Below are positions 9,524 through 18,535 of a stretch of 64,000 nt of DNA, one piece after another (position 1 is the first letter of the stretch; each line of letters starts with the position of its first letter). The notes beneath the pieces were generated by a model. The model did not search any database and had not been told where the DNA came from. It saw only the letters and a program-made list of their open reading frames with translations. The translations under genes and the position numbers were made by a program. This DNA is from Syntrophorhabdaceae bacterium (GTDB taxonomy: Bacteria > Desulfobacterota > Syntrophorhabdia > Syntrophorhabdales > Syntrophorhabdaceae), in contig OY762209.1 in NCBI GenBank assembly GCA_963665295.1, positions 320,001-384,000 on the forward strand. The letters are read 5' to 3'.

Positions 9524-10483
9524 TCAGCCACCGCATCCGCCGCACCCTCCTCCGCACCCTCCTCCGCATCCGCCGCCGCCGCAACCACTTCCCCCGCAAC
9601 CGCCCCCTCCGACGGAGTCGCCCGACGTCCATCCGCTGCACCCTCCGCAGGACCAGCCTGAGGGCCTGTGGAAAGCCGCCTGGTATGCCCCGTATCCGTG
9701 GGCAGCCCCGAGGACCGCGGGACCGAACACGGCAACGGCGAAGGCCGGGTCTATCCCCGTCAGGGCGCCTCTTTTTGCCTTCTCCCTGACCCACCCGAAA
9801 TCCGTGGCCAGTTTATCGAGGTACTTCTTCCCGAGGCACGAGATCTGTGACCACGGTCTGAGTGACAGGGCAAGAACGACCACGGATGCGATCAATAAGA
9901 GAAAGAGAAGGGACACGGGTTTTCCCCGTGCCAAGCCTAAGTGTATCTTGATCAAGCCGGGCAGGAGCATCACCACCAGGACCGCCGCCGAGACAAGGCG
10001 GCCCCTCGTCATATCGGGACCGGTCTTCATGAGGCGCAGTTCCGTCAACTCCCGCGCCGCCAACCGGAGGTGGGGATCCAGGTTTTCCTTCAATTCCGCC
10101 GACCGGAAAAGTTCGGATGATTTCCTCTTCCTGTCCAGGAACCGGTAAATTATGCGTGTCTCGGGTTTGAGGCTTCTCATCTTCATGGACAGTTCAATCT
10201 TTCCCGCTCCCCCTTGTGTGAGGGTTACGCCGGCGCCCGCCCCGCTTACCACGACCAGGCCTTTGTGCCAGAGTTGGAAGACCGCCGACCTGATGACGCC
10301 GGGATAACCTGCCCTGAGGTAAGACAAGGATATCGGATCCAGACGGGTAAGGTCCGGCATGGGATACTCCAGGCTGCTGTCCGCGCGAAGCCGCCATCGG
10401 CCTATCAGGACGCAGAGCGCAACAAACCCCGCGTAATAAAAAAGAAACAAGGGACCCGGTATCAGCCTGATCATTTCAATCAC
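9524..10483 (-). CDS. TIGR04222-like membrane protein with Gly/Cys low-complexity C-terminal tail
   Basis: GPLFLFYYA N-terminal TM, LDPISLSYLRAG...AVFQL, central TM pair with KIHLGLARGKPV.LL, AVAVFG, tail GWSCGGCSGW...GGGGCGGSGCGGGGCGGGCGGGCGGCGG; GTG 10483 follows GAGGA. Confidence 0.85.
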   Translation of the reverse strand: MIEMIRLIPGPLFLFYYAGFVALCVLIGRWRLRADSSLEYPMPDLTRLDPISLSYLRAGYPGVIRSAVFQLWHKGLVVVSGAGAGVTLTQGGAGKIELSMKMRSLKPETRIIYRFLDRKRKSSELFRSAELKENLDPHLRLAARELTELRLMKTGPDMTRGRLVSAAVLVVMLLPGLIKIHLGLARGKPVSLLFLLLIASVVVLALSLRPWSQISCLGKKYLDKLATDFGWVREKAKRGALTGIDPAFAVAVFGPAVLGAAHGYGAYQAAFHRPSGWSCGGCSGWTSGDSVGGGGCGGSGCGGGGCGGGCGGGCGGCGG

Positions 10484-10683
10484 GAATGTTCCTCGCACCG
10501 CTTATTAAGAACGTCCCGAAGGTATGTCCACTGTATCGATTATCACTTGTGATGCGGGATGTCCAGAGAAATCCACCGTGCCCTTTGCACCTGCGCGCCC
10601 CTTCCCGCTTGTCGCCGGTTAGGTTTCGTCGGATCGGGCGAGAAAGGGCATCCCCTGTGTAATCGGCAAGAATTCGATAGGCC

Positions 10684-10733
10684 TTGACAAATCCGCGCAG
10701 GGGGAATAAGTTTAATACTGACCGTACGGTATT
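10684..10733 (+). promoter_or_regulatory. Sigma70-like promoter with downstream palindromic operator (likely TetR autoregulation)
   Basis: TTGACA(10684)-N17-TAAGTT; perfect palindrome ACCGTACGGT (10721-10730) inside ATACTGACCGTACGGTAT. Confidence 0.6.
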
Positions 10734-10747
10734 CATGGGAGGTTTTA

Positions 10748-11389
10748 GTGAAGAGAGCGGGTGGTATAGAGACAGAGGAGAAGATCATACAGGCAGCCCT
10801 GGAACTTTTCGTGCGTAAAGGGTATCACGGTACGTCCATCACCGACATCATGAACAAGGTTGGGCTATCCAAGGGCTCCCTGTATGCCCACTTCAAGAGT
10901 AAAGGGGAACTCCTGCTGCGGATTATCGATGGATACAAGGTAAGATACCTTGACGAGATGACTCGCCTTGCGAAGGATGGTGAAGGAGATGCCCTCGACA
11001 AGCTCCACCAGTGCATCAGCTTCAGCGCCCGATTCGCGGCCGAGCACCAGAGCCTGTGCGGATTCCTGATATGCATCACCACAGAGCTGAAGGCGGATAT
11101 TGAGTTCGAGCCGGTGCTCAAGGCCGTCAACCACCACTACCAGAGACTGTTCAGCGGGATCATACGCCAGGGGATTACTCAGGGTGTAGTGGACAAAGGA
11201 ACAGACCCGGGTATGGCCGCTTTGACTTTCATGGCTCTCCATGGCGGAATGCTGCATCAATGGGCTCTTAACCGGAATATGATCGATGCGGGGGAGTATG
11301 TGAGAACCTTCCGAAAGACGTTCATTTACGGCCTGGCAAGCGATAAGGGAAGGAATATGTGCGATGAAAGGACATGGCGATCGAGGTGA
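10748..11389 (+). CDS. TetR/AcrR family transcriptional regulator
   Basis: IIQAALELFVRKGYHGTSITDIMNKVGLSKGSLYAHFKSKGELL HTH; SD GGAGG. Confidence 0.93.
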   Translation: MKRAGGIETEEKIIQAALELFVRKGYHGTSITDIMNKVGLSKGSLYAHFKSKGELLLRIIDGYKVRYLDEMTRLAKDGEGDALDKLHQCISFSARFAAEHQSLCGFLICITTELKADIEFEPVLKAVNHHYQRLFSGIIRQGITQGVVDKGTDPGMAALTFMALHGGMLHQWALNRNMIDAGEYVRTFRKTFIYGLASDKGRNMCDERTWRSR

Positions 11390-11585
11390 GGCTGTCCGGT
11401 CCCGGGGCCGTTTAAGTAATCGGCATCAAACCGGGGGATGGTTCGCCAATCTCCACCGGATATTTTCTCATACTTGTAGTTGAAAAGGGCCCTCATTTCA
11501 AGGATAATGAATATTCACCATACTATTCGCAATATTCATTCTGCCGCCCGGATAGTTCATGCGGCAGCCGCCTTGGGAGGTAACC

Positions 11586-12095
11586 GTGGCGCCAACAGGG
11601 CACAACGAAGGGAAAGATGGAGACGTAACGATGAAACGCGAGATACAGGAAATGGTGGACCGGGAGACGCGAGCCTGGAATATGGGGGACGCGGAGGCCC
11701 TCGTATCCCTCTTTCACCCCGACATGGTGTGGCCCTGGCCGTCCAATCCTTATGCCCATGACCCTGTAACATGGGTCTTCCCGCAAGGGCGTTTCAATCG
11801 TGAGAGGTGGAAACAGGGTTGGCAAGAGCTTTTCCGGACATATGAGTTGGTGCGCAACCAACGGACCACGGTGCAGATTGTCATTTCGGCCGAGGGCGAC
11901 GGAGCTTTCGCGGTTGTGGACGTGGATACACTGTGGCGGCACAAAGAGACGGGAGAGGATTTTCACTGGAAAGGGAGGGCTTGCAAGGGCTACACCCTGG
12001 TCGGCAACGAGTGGAAGCTCATCTATCACACGGGACTTCTCGACTACGAACACAAACACATAACCCCTTGGCCTTCGGCGCGAAGCGGGCCTTGA
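11586..12095 (+). CDS. NTF2/SnoaL-like fold protein
   Basis: ETRAWN.GDAEAL..LFHPD, AFAVVDVDTLWR, WKLIYHTG; GTG 11586 follows GGAGGT (alternative ATG 11631). Confidence 0.75.
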   Translation: MAPTGHNEGKDGDVTMKREIQEMVDRETRAWNMGDAEALVSLFHPDMVWPWPSNPYAHDPVTWVFPQGRFNRERWKQGWQELFRTYELVRNQRTTVQIVISAEGDGAFAVVDVDTLWRHKETGEDFHWKGRACKGYTLVGNEWKLIYHTGLLDYEHKHITPWPSARSGP

Positions 12096-12345
12096 CATCC
12101 CCGTCCCACAACATTCAGCAGTGACAATCGGTCTGAAGCCGGAAACGGCGTGCGCCACGGGAGCGACAGAGGGCCCCGGGAAACTTTCTTTGACGGAGTG
12201 TAACCTTATGGCGGCCCCGTCCGACATGTTCTTTATAGTTGCGGGCGTGTGCTTCGGGTGATGGGCCACGCAATAGCCGGGGCTCCGGGCGCGGGAAGGA
12301 AGGGTTGATTACGCCGGGGCCGGGATAGAACCAAAAGGGGGGAAA

Positions 12346-14388
12346 ATGAAGAAAGATGTAGCGGCAGTCTGTTTCGCCTCCGTGAAGCTGTTTGTTCTTG
12401 CCCTTCTCATTATGGGCATGTCGGGAACGGCGGTTTTTGCGGCTACCTACACCATATCAGGCACCATAAAAGCATCGGGCACAGGGCTCGCGGGTGTCAC
12501 CGTTGCCCTTTCAGGTACGGCAAGCTCCTCCACCACCACGGACAGCAGCGGCGCGTACAGTTTTTCGGGCCTGTCGAAGGGCAGCTATACCGTGACGCCG
12601 ACCATGGACAAGTACACATTCAGTCCCGCGAAGAAGACAGTGACCATCAATTCTTCGGATTCCAAGGGAAACAACTTCACCGCCAAGTCCTCGGTCCACG
12701 TCTTATCGGGCACCATAAAGGCATCGGGCACAGGGCTCGCGGGTGTCACCGTTGCCCTTTCAGGTACGGCAAGCTCCTCCACGACCACGGACAGCAGCGG
12801 CGCGTACAGTTTTTCGGGCCTGTCGAAGGGCAGCTATACCGTGACGCCGACCATGGGCGGATACACATTCAGTCCCGTGAAGAAAACGGTGACCATCAAT
12901 TCTTCGGATTCCAAGGGAAACAACTTCACCGCCAAGTCCTCGGTCCACATCATATCAGGCACCATCAAGGCATCGGGCACAGGGCTCGCGGGTGTCACCG
13001 TTGCCCTTTCAGGTACGGCAAGCTCCTCCACCACCACCACGGACAGCAGCGGCGCGTACAGTTTTTCGGGCCTATCGAAGGGCAGCTATACCGTGACGCC
13101 GACCATGGGCGGATACACATTCAGTCCCGTGAAGAAGACGGTGAACATCAATTCTTCGGATTCCAAGGGAAACAACTTCACCGCCAAATGGAAAGTGACG
13201 GCATATTATCAAAACGGCGGAACGGCGGTAAAGACCGGTCAGGCCTATGGATCGACCACAGACGATGAGTCGGGCGTGGAAGTGATCAATTCCGGCGTGT
13301 TGAACCTTTCCTACTCCACGGTTACCACGAAGGGCAACACGTCCTCCCCCGATGACAGCAGCTTCTACGGTCTCAATGCCGGTGTTCTCGCCACATCCGC
13401 GAGCGCCATCAACCTCTCGAATGTCACCGTCTCCACCACGGGCATAGGGGCCAACGGCGTCTTTGCCACAGGGGAGGGAACGACGATCACCCTCGACAAT
13501 GTGACCATAAACTGCACGGGTCAGTTGGGCCACGGCGTCGATGCCACTCTTGGCGGCACGCTTATCCTCAATGACGTGGATATCACTACCGGGCCCGGGG
13601 CAAATTCAGCGGCCATCGCCACGGACCGGGGGAGCGGCACCATCACCGTGACAGGGGGCACCATGACCACCTCCGGGACCGATGCGCCCGGTATCTATTC
13701 CACGGGAGTCATCACCGTTACGGGCTCCGCCATCAGCGCCACCGAATCGGAGGCCGCCGTCATTGAAGGGTCAAACTCTATTGTCCTCACCAATACGACC
13801 CTCTCCGGAGGAAAGAAGCGGGGAGTCATGATCTACCAGAGTATGTCCGGCGATGCCGACGGTTCGGAAGGCACTTTCACCATGACCGGAGGCTCCCTGT
13901 CCGCCTCCGTGGGTCCCCTCTTTTACGTCACCAACGCCACGGGGACAATCTCTCTTGCGGACGTTGCGGCATCGGCCGCTTCCGGCACCCTTATCAACGC
14001 GGCCGCCGACACCTGGGGCACAAGCGGCAGTAACGGCGGGACAGTGGTGTTTACGGGCACAAGCCAGGTCCTGAGCGGCAATATTGTTGCCGACAACATC
14101 AGTTCCGTAGCCCTCACCCTGCAAACGGCATCCTCGCTCCAGGGCACGATCAACGCGGGGGATACTGCCAAGGCAGTAAATGTTACCCTGGATTCCACGA
14201 GCAGTTGGACGGTGACGGCAAATTCCTATATCACCTGTCTCTCTGATACGGACGGAATCTCCGGCACCGCCGTCAACAACGTGCACGCCTCCTCCGGCAT
14301 CACGGTTTACTACAGCAACGCTTCCTGCGCCGCCCTCGGCGGAAAGACATACACCCTGAACGGCGGTGGTTCCCTGGTGCCGCGATGA
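12346..14388 (+). CDS. Secreted/surface protein: three carboxypeptidase-regulatory-like (Cna-B/SdrD-like) repeats plus beta-helix region
   Basis: Signal peptide ending AVFA; three ~83-aa repeats ISGTIKASGTGLAGVTVALSG...TTDSSGAYSF..L..GSYTVTP; Gly/Thr/Ser-rich autotransporter-passenger-like C-terminal half. Confidence 0.8.
   Translation: MKKDVAAVCFASVKLFVLALLIMGMSGTAVFAATYTISGTIKASGTGLAGVTVALSGTASSSTTTDSSGAYSFSGLSKGSYTVTPTMDKYTFSPAKKTVTINSSDSKGNNFTAKSSVHVLSGTIKASGTGLAGVTVALSGTASSSTTTDSSGAYSFSGLSKGSYTVTPTMGGYTFSPVKKTVTINSSDSKGNNFTAKSSVHIISGTIKASGTGLAGVTVALSGTASSSTTTTDSSGAYSFSGLSKGSYTVTPTMGGYTFSPVKKTVNINSSDSKGNNFTAKWKVTAYYQNGGTAVKTGQAYGSTTDDESGVEVINSGVLNLSYSTVTTKGNTSSPDDSSFYGLNAGVLATSASAINLSNVTVSTTGIGANGVFATGEGTTITLDNVTINCTGQLGHGVDATLGGTLILNDVDITTGPGANSAAIATDRGSGTITVTGGTMTTSGTDAPGIYSTGVITVTGSAISATESEAAVIEGSNSIVLTNTTLSGGKKRGVMIYQSMSGDADGSEGTFTMTGGSLSASVGPLFYVTNATGTISLADVAASAASGTLINAAADTWGTSGSNGGTVVFTGTSQVLSGNIVADNISSVALTLQTASSLQGTINAGDTAKAVNVTLDSTSSWTVTANSYITCLSDTDGISGTAVNNVHASSGITVYYSNASCAALGGKTYTLNGGGSLVPR
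12451..13188 (+). repeat. Three near-identical 249-bp tandem direct repeats
   Basis: Units start at about 12451, 12700 and 12949; the third has one extra Thr codon. Confidence 0.9.
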
Positions 14389-14642
14389 CGCTGTCGGGAA
14401 ACAGGCCGAAAGACCGCGAGGCAACCAGGCGGCACCATCCCGGCTGACCTCGCGTCGGCGGCAGGGTCCGGGCAACAATGTCTGTAATGGAAAGAAACCG
14501 GGGCTGGAAAGAGGAAAATGAGCGCCATTAGCCGGGAATGATGATTATGGGGGAGGATGACAGGGGTGACCGTAAATAAGGCGATAGCTTTGCCATGCCC
14601 GTCAGAAGGGCTGCGGACTGTGAGTTATCTACCTGTTTAGGG

Positions 14643-17345
14643 TCATCCCGAAGGCTCCTTCGACCCGAGCGGGAAATGCGCATGGATTACCGTGCCTTTA
14701 CCGGGTTGAGACACAAGTTCCAGGTGTCCTCCCGCAAGGGAGGCGCGCTCTTTCATGCCAAGCAAGCCGAAACTCTCCCCCTTCAATGCCTTCATGTGGG
14801 TATCGTCGATGTTAAATCCCTTTCCATCATCCCTCACGGTGAGGTGAAGTTCTTCGCTCAGCTTTTCAAGATCGACATACACCATCTTCGCGTGGGAGTG
14901 CCGTGCAACGTTCGTGAGCGCTTCCTGGGTAATTCGGAAACACGTCAACTCGAGGATAGGAGAAAATCGTTCCTCCGTGAAGTCCGCATGGAATACCACT
15001 CTGAATCCCACCCTGGCGGACAGCCAGTTCACATACCAGTCCAACGCCGCGGTCAGGCCAAAATCGTCGAGGATAGAAGGGCGAAGCTCGATGGAAAGGT
15101 TGCGCACCTTGTTTATCAGTTCCGTCACCGTGGGTGTGCTTTCGCGCACCAGGGTGAGCGCCGACTCCAGGCTATCGGAACGTTCCGTCCGTTTAAGGTC
15201 GATCCTGAGTGCGGTGAGGGCCTGACCTATTTCATCGTGGAGTTCGCGCGCGATGTAGCGGCGTTCCGTCTCCTGTATCTCGAGGAGGCGGTGCGACAGG
15301 GTCCTCAACTGTTCCATGGTGCGCTGCAGCGTTTCCTCCATGATCTTTTTCTCCGTCACATCCTCGACAATCCCGTCCAGGTGATGAGGAACCCCGTTCT
15401 CGTCACGGATCATGCTCAGCGTGAGGTGGCCTACCCATTTCCGGCCATCTTTACGGAGGTATTCATGCTCACATATTATCCGCGCGCCCTTTTTCCCTGT
15501 GCGCTGTAAAGTCTTCGCGTTCTCCTGCAGGTCGGCGCACATCCGGGCAGCGATGTCGGCGGCGGAGCCGATTGCATCCCGTGGCGATCCGTACCCCAAA
15601 ATACGGGCAAAAGCAGGGTTCATCCTGGTAAACCCGCCTTCAAGGGTAGACTGAAAGATACCCAGGGGAGAATTTTCAAATATACTGCGGTATCTTTCTT
15701 CGCTCCTTCTGAGCGCCGCTTCGGCCTGCTTGCGGTCAGTGATGTCCATTCCGAAGGATATTATGCCGACGAACTTGCCGCCATGCCGGAGGGCACTGTT
15801 CCTCCACGAGATTATCCGCTCTTCGCCGGACTTCGTCTTTATGGGGTTCTCAAAGGTATTGATAATCGAACCCGCTGAACCCGCGTTTTTCAGCCTGTCG
15901 AATTCATCTGCTACGCGCAAACCCGTTGCCCTGGAAATAAACAGCTCAACCCAACTCTTTCCTATAACCTCATCCGCGCGGTAACCGGTCATCTTTTCCC
16001 CTGCTTCGTTGAGGAGGGTGATTCTCCCGACGGTATCCAGCCCGACAATGAGGACGTTTGCCGAGTTAATGAGGTTTTCCGTATAATCTTTTGCCTCCCT
16101 CAGCGCCTCTTCGGCCTGTTTACGGTCAGTGACGTCGCGTATGGACTCGATAGCCCCGATGATGTCTCCCGATTCATCCCGAAGGGGGCTTGCCTTGCAC
16201 CACAGCGTCCTCTTCCGCCCGCGCATGTGCGGCACGTCCCTTTCGGCATAGAAGGTACCGTTGTCTTTATTGATGAATGAATACCTCTTTGCGATATCGT
16301 CATCCCAGGAGAAGGGCAGGTCCACGAGGATGGGGCATCTCTCCTGGTAAAGGGCTACGCCGTATTCATAGTCGCCTTTGCCCAGCATCGTTTCCGCGGA
16401 AAAACCGGTCATCTCTTCGATGGCCCTGTTCCATGTAATAATTTTGCCTTCAAGGTTTATCGCAAAGGTAGCGTCCGGAAGAAACTCGATAATGCCGGAA
16501 AGACGATTCTCCGACTGCTTCACCGCTTCCTCCGCCCGCTTGCGGGCAGTGATATCCTGGCACGTACCTTCGATGTGCAGTATATTGCCCTCGTCGTCCC
16601 GCGCAAGGCGCATGTTGAGCATGCCCCAGATAATGCTTCCGTTTCTGTGGCGGCACCGCACCTCGTAGTTTCTCACAAAACCATGTTTCTGCAACAGGGT
16701 AAACATCGTATCGCGGTCCTCAGGGTTTGTGTAAAGCTGAGACCCCGTATCCGTGATGGCGGCTATTAATTCTTCCGGTGACTCATAACCGAGCATCCGG
16801 GCGGCAGCGGTATTTGCCCGAAGAAAACGGCCTTCGGGGGTGGTGACGAATATGCCTTCGACGGCGTTCTCAAATATGGTCCTGAAACGCTCTTCACTCT
16901 TGTGGAGCGCCTCCTCCACCCACTTACGTTCCGTAACGTCCGTCACCTGGGTCAGGAAGAAATCCTTATCACCGATAGTGATCTTCGAAGAATTGAACAA
17001 ACCGTATCTCGGCTCGCCTCCCTTTACATGCATCTGCAACTCCAGGTTTTCCACGAACCCCTTTCGGCGGTATTCGTCAAGAAATATCGCCCGGTCTTCG
17101 GCGGTGATATAACCGGCGCCGACGGACGTATTGTCTATGAGTTCTTCCCGTTTCAGGCCCATGACCTTCGCGAACGCTTCATTGACCTCAACGTACCGTC
17201 CGTCCTTCATGACCGTTATAGCCATGGGAATCGGACTCTTCAGGAAAAATGTGGCAAACTTCTCCTCGCTTTCTATGGTTGTCTTTTCGAGTTCTTTGAT
17301 TCTCTGTTCCAGGTCATGATAGGTGGGTTTTTCGTTCACGGACAA
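14643..17345 (-). CDS. Multi-PAS histidine kinase, HisKA_3 (NarX/UhpB) type
   Basis: Five PAS domains; QETERRYIARELHDEIGQ, FRITQEALTNVARHS, DDGKGF, GLLGMKER. Confidence 0.92.
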   Translation of the reverse strand: MSVNEKPTYHDLEQRIKELEKTTIESEEKFATFFLKSPIPMAITVMKDGRYVEVNEAFAKVMGLKREELIDNTSVGAGYITAEDRAIFLDEYRRKGFVENLELQMHVKGGEPRYGLFNSSKITIGDKDFFLTQVTDVTERKWVEEALHKSEERFRTIFENAVEGIFVTTPEGRFLRANTAAARMLGYESPEELIAAITDTGSQLYTNPEDRDTMFTLLQKHGFVRNYEVRCRHRNGSIIWGMLNMRLARDDEGNILHIEGTCQDITARKRAEEAVKQSENRLSGIIEFLPDATFAINLEGKIITWNRAIEEMTGFSAETMLGKGDYEYGVALYQERCPILVDLPFSWDDDIAKRYSFINKDNGTFYAERDVPHMRGRKRTLWCKASPLRDESGDIIGAIESIRDVTDRKQAEEALREAKDYTENLINSANVLIVGLDTVGRITLLNEAGEKMTGYRADEVIGKSWVELFISRATGLRVADEFDRLKNAGSAGSIINTFENPIKTKSGEERIISWRNSALRHGGKFVGIISFGMDITDRKQAEAALRRSEERYRSIFENSPLGIFQSTLEGGFTRMNPAFARILGYGSPRDAIGSAADIAARMCADLQENAKTLQRTGKKGARIICEHEYLRKDGRKWVGHLTLSMIRDENGVPHHLDGIVEDVTEKKIMEETLQRTMEQLRTLSHRLLEIQETERRYIARELHDEIGQALTALRIDLKRTERSDSLESALTLVRESTPTVTELINKVRNLSIELRPSILDDFGLTAALDWYVNWLSARVGFRVVFHADFTEERFSPILELTCFRITQEALTNVARHSHAKMVYVDLEKLSEELHLTVRDDGKGFNIDDTHMKALKGESFGLLGMKERASLAGGHLELVSQPGKGTVIHAHFPLGSKEPSG

Positions 17346-17549
17346 GAGACCTCCTTCTGTTCACAAAATGGGGTGCATCTGAAGGGATTTCTCGGCCATT
17401 TTCTTCTTGTCGAAAGCATACACCTTCTCTCATAACAAGGCGCTTTCTGTGATAAAAAAACTATAGGCGGAATGACCCCTTAAGTCAAATCAATAATTGG
17501 GCATCCATACCGGTCTGCGGTATTCAGGCAACCCTGAACAAGAAAAGAC

Positions 17550-17580
17550 TTGACCTGCCTACCGCTTCATAGTGCAGAAT
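17550..17580 (+). promoter_or_regulatory. MerR-type promoter with 19-bp spacer
   Basis: TTGACC(17550)-N19-CAGAAT(17575) with dyad CTA-N8-TAG in the spacer, directly upstream of the merR-family gene. Confidence 0.55.
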
Positions 17581-17599
17581 ATCTTCCAGGAGGTACGAT

Positions 17600-18202
17600 A
17601 TGGCTCCATCAACCGGCAAGAACCATCACGGAGGCGGCTTTCTCACAGACGAATCGGGACCGACGACGTTTCCCATGTCCATCGGCCGACTGGCAGGAGC
17701 CTTTGGACTCGCGCGAAGCACCCTTCTTTATTATGATGCCATCGGCATTCTTCACCCATCGGAACGAAGCGGGGCGAATTACCGGCGATACACACGGGAA
17801 GACCATCGCAAACTGGAATTGATCTGCATGTACCGTCAAATCGGGCTTCCCATGGCATCCATCAGGGATATCCTCCAGGCGTCGCAGCACGTGGTCAGGG
17901 ACATCCTGGAGAAACGTCTCATGGACCTCGCGGGGGAAATCGTGAAACTCCGGGAACAGCAGCAAGTGATCATCCGCATGCTGGCCGATCCGTCCCTGCG
18001 GGACCGGATCCCCTTCATGGACAAGGGAGGTTGGATTGCCCTCCTGCGAGCCGCCGGTCTCGACGACGACGGCATGGAGAGATGGCATCGGGAATTCGAG
18101 CGGTTTTCTCCCCGACTCCATCAGGAATTTCTCGAAGGACTGGGCATTGCCCATAGCGAGATCGAGGAAATCCGCGAGCAGTCAAGGCGGTCGGGGCCCT
18201 GA
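17600..18202 (+). CDS. MerR family transcriptional regulator
   Basis: SIGRLAGAFGLARSTLLYYDAIGILHPSERSGANYRRY; C-terminal WHREFER.SP.LHQEFL..LGI. Confidence 0.92.
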   Translation: MAPSTGKNHHGGGFLTDESGPTTFPMSIGRLAGAFGLARSTLLYYDAIGILHPSERSGANYRRYTREDHRKLELICMYRQIGLPMASIRDILQASQHVVRDILEKRLMDLAGEIVKLREQQQVIIRMLADPSLRDRIPFMDKGGWIALLRAAGLDDDGMERWHREFERFSPRLHQEFLEGLGIAHSEIEEIREQSRRSGP

Positions 18203-18226
18203 CCGCTCGACGGGAGCCGCTAACGC

Positions 18227-18400
18227 TTACAGCACAAAGAAGGTCCAGATCAACGCCGCAGCGCCGGTCAGGATCACGCCTGCCACCACGATCCAGGTCA
18301 GGTGCCTTGAGCTAAGGCGCCTTCCCCGCGGGGGGTGCGCGTGTTTCTCTTTCTCCCGTTCTCTCTCTTGTCGATGGGACAGATCGCCTTCGTGGTTCAT
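18227..18400 (-). CDS. Small 57-aa membrane protein (not in ORF track)
   Basis: MNHEGDLSHRQEREREKEKHAHPPRGRRLSSRHLTWIVVAGVILTGAAALIWTFFVL*; SD AAGGAG; one C-terminal TM helix. Confidence 0.65.
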   Translation of the reverse strand: MNHEGDLSHRQEREREKEKHAHPPRGRRLSSRHLTWIVVAGVILTGAAALIWTFFVL

Positions 18401-18535
18401 ATCATCTCCTTAGTCCCCCATGAGAGCCGTCTCTGCCATAGCCTCCAGGTTCCCTTAATTAAGCGTGATTGTTGCGCCCGGCCCCTTTTGCATAACATGC
18501 CGACGCACTCTCCATAGTTGCCGCCCGGAATCACT

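Noticed and set aside
9500..9526. Possible selenocysteine read-through of the TGA ending the Gly/Cys tail
   Set aside because: Two further in-frame TGAs follow after six codons and overlap the next start; no recognisable SECIS hairpin
9503..9794. Arg-rich N-terminal extension of the rSAM ORF in the track, and the Pro/His-rich antisense ORF 9108-10148
   Set aside because: Alternative frames of the Gly/Cys tail of the upstream gene; the likely rSAM start is 9503
12120..12180. CCACGGGAGCGAC resembling part of a ZTP (pfl) riboswitch (also at ~50537-50550)
   Set aside because: The GACTGGCG 5' element and CGCCTGGGC 3' pseudoknot element are absent, and the downstream genes are unrelated to folate or purine metabolism
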